Assembly (NCBI RefSeq): GCF_018350175.1
Contig: NC_058383.1
Span: 9,302,001 to 9,366,000 of the forward strand
Source of the DNA: Felis catus
Taxonomy: Eukaryota
Direction of reading: 5' to 3'
Length of the DNA: 64,000 nt
How positions within the stretch are numbered: position 1 is the first letter of the stretch; every line of letters begins with the position of its first letter. Below the pieces are notes generated by a model, which searched no databases, was not told the DNA's origin, and saw only the letters and a list, made by a program, of their open reading frames with translations. This document shows, one piece after another, positions 60,822 to 64,000 of the stretch. Made by a program: the position numbers and the translations under genes.

Positions 60822-61028
60822 TTTTTTTTTTTTTTAAGTTTATTTATTTATTTTGAGAGAGCGTGTGTGAGCAGGGGAGGGGCAGAGAGAGAGAGGGAGA
60901 AGATCCCAAGCAGGATCCACCCTGTCAGTGCAGAGCCCGACTTGGGGCTCAAACCCATGAACTGAGATCATGACCTGAGCAGAAACCAAGAGTCGGAGGC
61001 GCAATTGACTGAGCCACCCAGGCGCCCC
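60822..61028 (-). mobile_element. CAN-SINE
   Basis: TSD caggaagctgcatcttt on both flanks. Confidence 0.95.
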
Positions 61029-62787
61029 AGGAAGCTGCATCTTTGGCAAACGGGCTTGGGAGGCCTTTGTGTGGTGACCGCTGGTACGAGAAGGGCTCCG
61101 ACCATCCTAAACAAGACAACCTGCTTTGAGTCACCAGCACTAGGTCCTGCCTGTCAGGGTTGTCCCAAGGATCCCATGACATAGCAAATGACCCCAGAGA
61201 GCTAGCGTGGTGCTGCACATGTGGAATTCCTCCAAAGGTGGTGTCCGGAGCCGTGCCCTTTATAGTAGTGAAACTATAAACTACAGTAGTGAAACTCAGC
61301 AACTGAATTATCTAATGGCAGTGGAAGAGATTACTGTGGGCTCACCTTAAGGGTCACTCCGTTATTACAAGTGGGAAGGGAAGATGTATCTGTGCTTACA
61401 GGAGTCACGTGTGGTCGCTCATCTAAGTGGGCCCCTGAAGAGCCAGGCCTGCCTGCCCTGCCCAGTCCGCTCCCACCACACGCCGGGGCCTGCCGGGGGA
61501 CCTGCTTTAAGCACGAGGATGTGGCAGAAGTGATGCCGGGCCGGTTCTGAGCCTGTCCTAATGCCTGGCAGTTTCTGCTTCTGCACTTTTGGGAACCCTG
61601 AGCTGTCAGGGAAGAAGTCTGCCCACTCTGCACAGAGGCCCCGTGGAGAGTGACAAGCCTGGCTGCCCCAGGGTCCCCCCAACACCAGCCGCGGCGAGCT
61701 ACAGTCTCCGGTGGGCCAGACTGGCCAGTTCCTGCACCTGGTGGGGTGGGGACCACCCAGCGGAACCTTGTCCACATGCAGAAAGGGGGGGAGGTGCATA
61801 AAGTGGCTCTCGAGCAACTAGACTGGGGGGGGGGGTTGTTTTACAGTAACAGACCCAGAAGCGTGGGCTGCCTGCAAACGGGCACACGAAGTGTTAACTT
61901 ACGAACTAAGCAAAAGAGGACAGATTCCATTACCAGCGATTATTTTCCTGCTTTATTTTTTGGCTGCCGTTTTAGGTTTTAAGCAGCACATATTGAGGAC
62001 TCGTAACAAAACAACGATGTAACGATAACGTCCGTCATTAAAGAGAAGCTGCTGTAGACACGTGGGTGTTGGGCGCTGGGCTCAGCTCCGCGCCCACCTG
62101 CCCTTTTGCCCTTCACTTAAGTTCATCCAGTTGCCGCCGCCACGTTCCTTCTCAGGCTCGGACAATGGGAACAGGTCCCCCCCATGTACGCTAAGACCAG
62201 AGAATACAACCAAGTTCCTTTTTAGGCCTCTGATGAAGACACGGAGCCAGCCTTCCTGTGTCCCCAGCGCAGCCACGGCAGCTGGCGTTTTGGTTTTTTC
62301 TGCTCCTGCCCCGGCTTTCCTCACAACTCTGCCTGGGGCAGTCCCCGTCTCTGAACACCCGGGCCTGGTGAGGGGAGGACGGGGTTCAGAGCGAGACGGA
62401 AGTCAGCCAAGGCAGCTCCAGCGTAGACGATGGAGCGGTCTGCTTAGGCAGAAACCACCACGTGGGAAGAACTGGGGATGGAAAAGGGCAGCTGGGCAAG
62501 TGCCACCAGCTGTCACCCCACCACAGCTGCGTTCCAAGGACTCGGAACCGGGCCGAAGCCGAGCCCTCCTCAGTTTGCACAGCTGAGGGACACATTGTTG
62601 CAGGGCAGGGTTGGGGGGGGAACAGCCACTGATAAAGATTCTGTATGTTCTCGAAGCTACTGATGAGACCATCATGCGTCAGTCTAATATGTAAATAACA
62701 TCTTCCGATTCATGATGCCAGACCCTCTGAAGCAGGGGGAAGAAAGCACATTTACGGAGACCTTGATAAAGAAATTCAGAGCCTGCT

Positions 62788-62793
62788 TTTATT
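62788..62793 (-). terminator. MDH2: MDH2 polyadenylation signal AATAAA
   Basis: tttatt on the plus strand ~160 nt after the stop codon, followed on the minus strand by U/GU-rich sequence (tgtgctttct). Confidence 0.7.
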
Positions 62794-62950
62794 GAGGCAC
62801 CCACAGACGGACCCACGATTTGGAAGGGGCAGCAACGTTAACACAACACTCGTGGGTAACGCGACTGAAACACGAAGGGGTGTGAGACGGCTTTACAGGG
62901 ACATGATGCCTTCATAAGTTAGGGACGCGGACCGCTCACCAGCTGCCGTC

Positions 62951-63082
62951 TCATTTCATGTTCTTCACGAACTCTTCTCCTTTCTTGATGGAGGCCTTCA
63001 GCTCAGGGAGGGCTTCGGCGATCATCTTCTCTTCGAAAGGAGAGATCTTGCCGATGCCTAGGTTCTTCTCGATGCCCTTTTT
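62951..63082 (-). CDS. MDH2: MDH2 (mitochondrial malate dehydrogenase) last coding exon: [43 protein letters not shown]
   Basis: Characteristic MDH2 C-terminus. Acceptor cctccctcctccag|AAA, stop TGA at 62953-62951. Upstream exons lie beyond the right edge. Confidence 0.96.
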   Translation of the reverse strand, partial: KKGIEKNLGIGKISPFEEKMIAEALPELKASIKKGEEFVKNMK

Positions 63083-64000
63083 CTGGAGGAGGGAGGAGGT
63101 GGTAAAAATGGACAATTCTGAAATTAACAACAACCGCTAAAAATACTGTAAATTTTACAGCCGGTTTCTGTGGACGAGGCTGTTGAACAAAACCCGCCAT
63201 GTAACTTCATGGCTCTGCCCCGAGCCCGGGCTTCAGGCAGACGATCCTCGGCTAGGATCTGGACTCGGTCACTCACACCATGTGCACTTTGGCCAAGGCG
63301 GTTTCCTCATCTAGAAAACGGGCATACTTTCCACCTCAAAGGAGGCGGTGAGAACACACGCGGGCGACTTGGCACCCAGGGTGCTCGGTCGTTAGCAGCG
63401 CCGCATGTTCTTCTTCCCAACACACAGCATACTTTTGGGTTCTGGTCTTTTCCCCAAGTTGGTAATAGCCACCTGGGTCCGATGTAATCAAGTAGGCACA
63501 CATGTGACATCAGGAAGATAACAGGTGTCTGTCACCGTGTCACCTCCACGGTTGAGCTGGTGTCTGTGAGCAGGGGAGGCTTCCAGGCCATCTCCCTGGA
63601 GAGCCCTCCCTGACTCCAGGGCCTGCCCCACCACACTGGTCACGGCATTAGTCTGTTTAGTGGGTCTCTCCACCACACGGAGTCCCCGAGGCCCGGGGCC
63701 AATGTCTCCGGGATCTTTGGACACCAGGGCATCTGTGGGAAGGGCCCCTGGGTGGCTTGGCATGTCACCACACAGCTCCTTTCTGGGGAGAAGATGAAGG
63801 CAACCACACATCTGCCTGACGTCAGCAGCCACCCACACATCAGAAACAGAGTGAGACTTAGGGGTTTCTGCTCCCTGAAGACTTGGGGAGGGTCATCAGA
63901 CCGGACAGCTGCCTCCAAAACAGCCTGACTGAAGCCAAGCACTGGGGCCAGAGGGGCTCTATCCCAGACACCACGGTTCCAAGGGGGTCTGCAACACATT

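Noticed and set aside
63083..63133. N-terminal extension [17 protein letters not shown] on the MDH2 ORF
   Set aside because: Intronic polypyrimidine tract upstream of the acceptor at 63083-63084.
1..64000. CRISPR arrays, operons, intact retroviral or L1 ORFs, processed pseudogenes, HSPB1
   Set aside because: None seen. The window is eukaryotic with decayed repeats only, and HSPB1 and the SRRM3 eMIC exons would lie left of position 1.

Overview
GC-rich mammalian genomic DNA, almost certainly from a cat or other felid: it carries about 25 carnivore CAN-SINEs, many of the felid SINEC_Fc type. It corresponds to the MDH2-SRRM3 locus (human 7q11.23 synteny), with both genes on the minus strand. 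At the right end is the last coding exon and 3'UTR of mitochondrial malate dehydrogenase MDH2 (63082-62951). About 20 kb downstream, SRRM3 starts at a CpG island with a probable non-coding exon 1 (~42540-42375). I reconstructed ten coding exons (21371 down to 1323; 1008 nt, 336 codons, all GT-AG, frame continuous) encoding the cwf21 domain and the Lys/Arg/Ser-rich region. The 3' exons, including the eMIC domain, lie left of the window. The rest is intron or intergenic DNA rich in SINE, MIR, L2, L1, CR1, MLT and MER repeats. I found no new gene family or prokaryote-type system. The best leads are regulatory hypotheses about SRRM3: a candidate 51-nt cassette or poison exon in intron 11, a candidate internal CpG-island first exon in frame with exon 4 (a cwf21-less isoform), eight consecutive symmetric exons, and clustered RFX, CRX/OTX, homeodomain and REST-like sites. 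Gene and repeat names come from recalled sequences, not from database searches.
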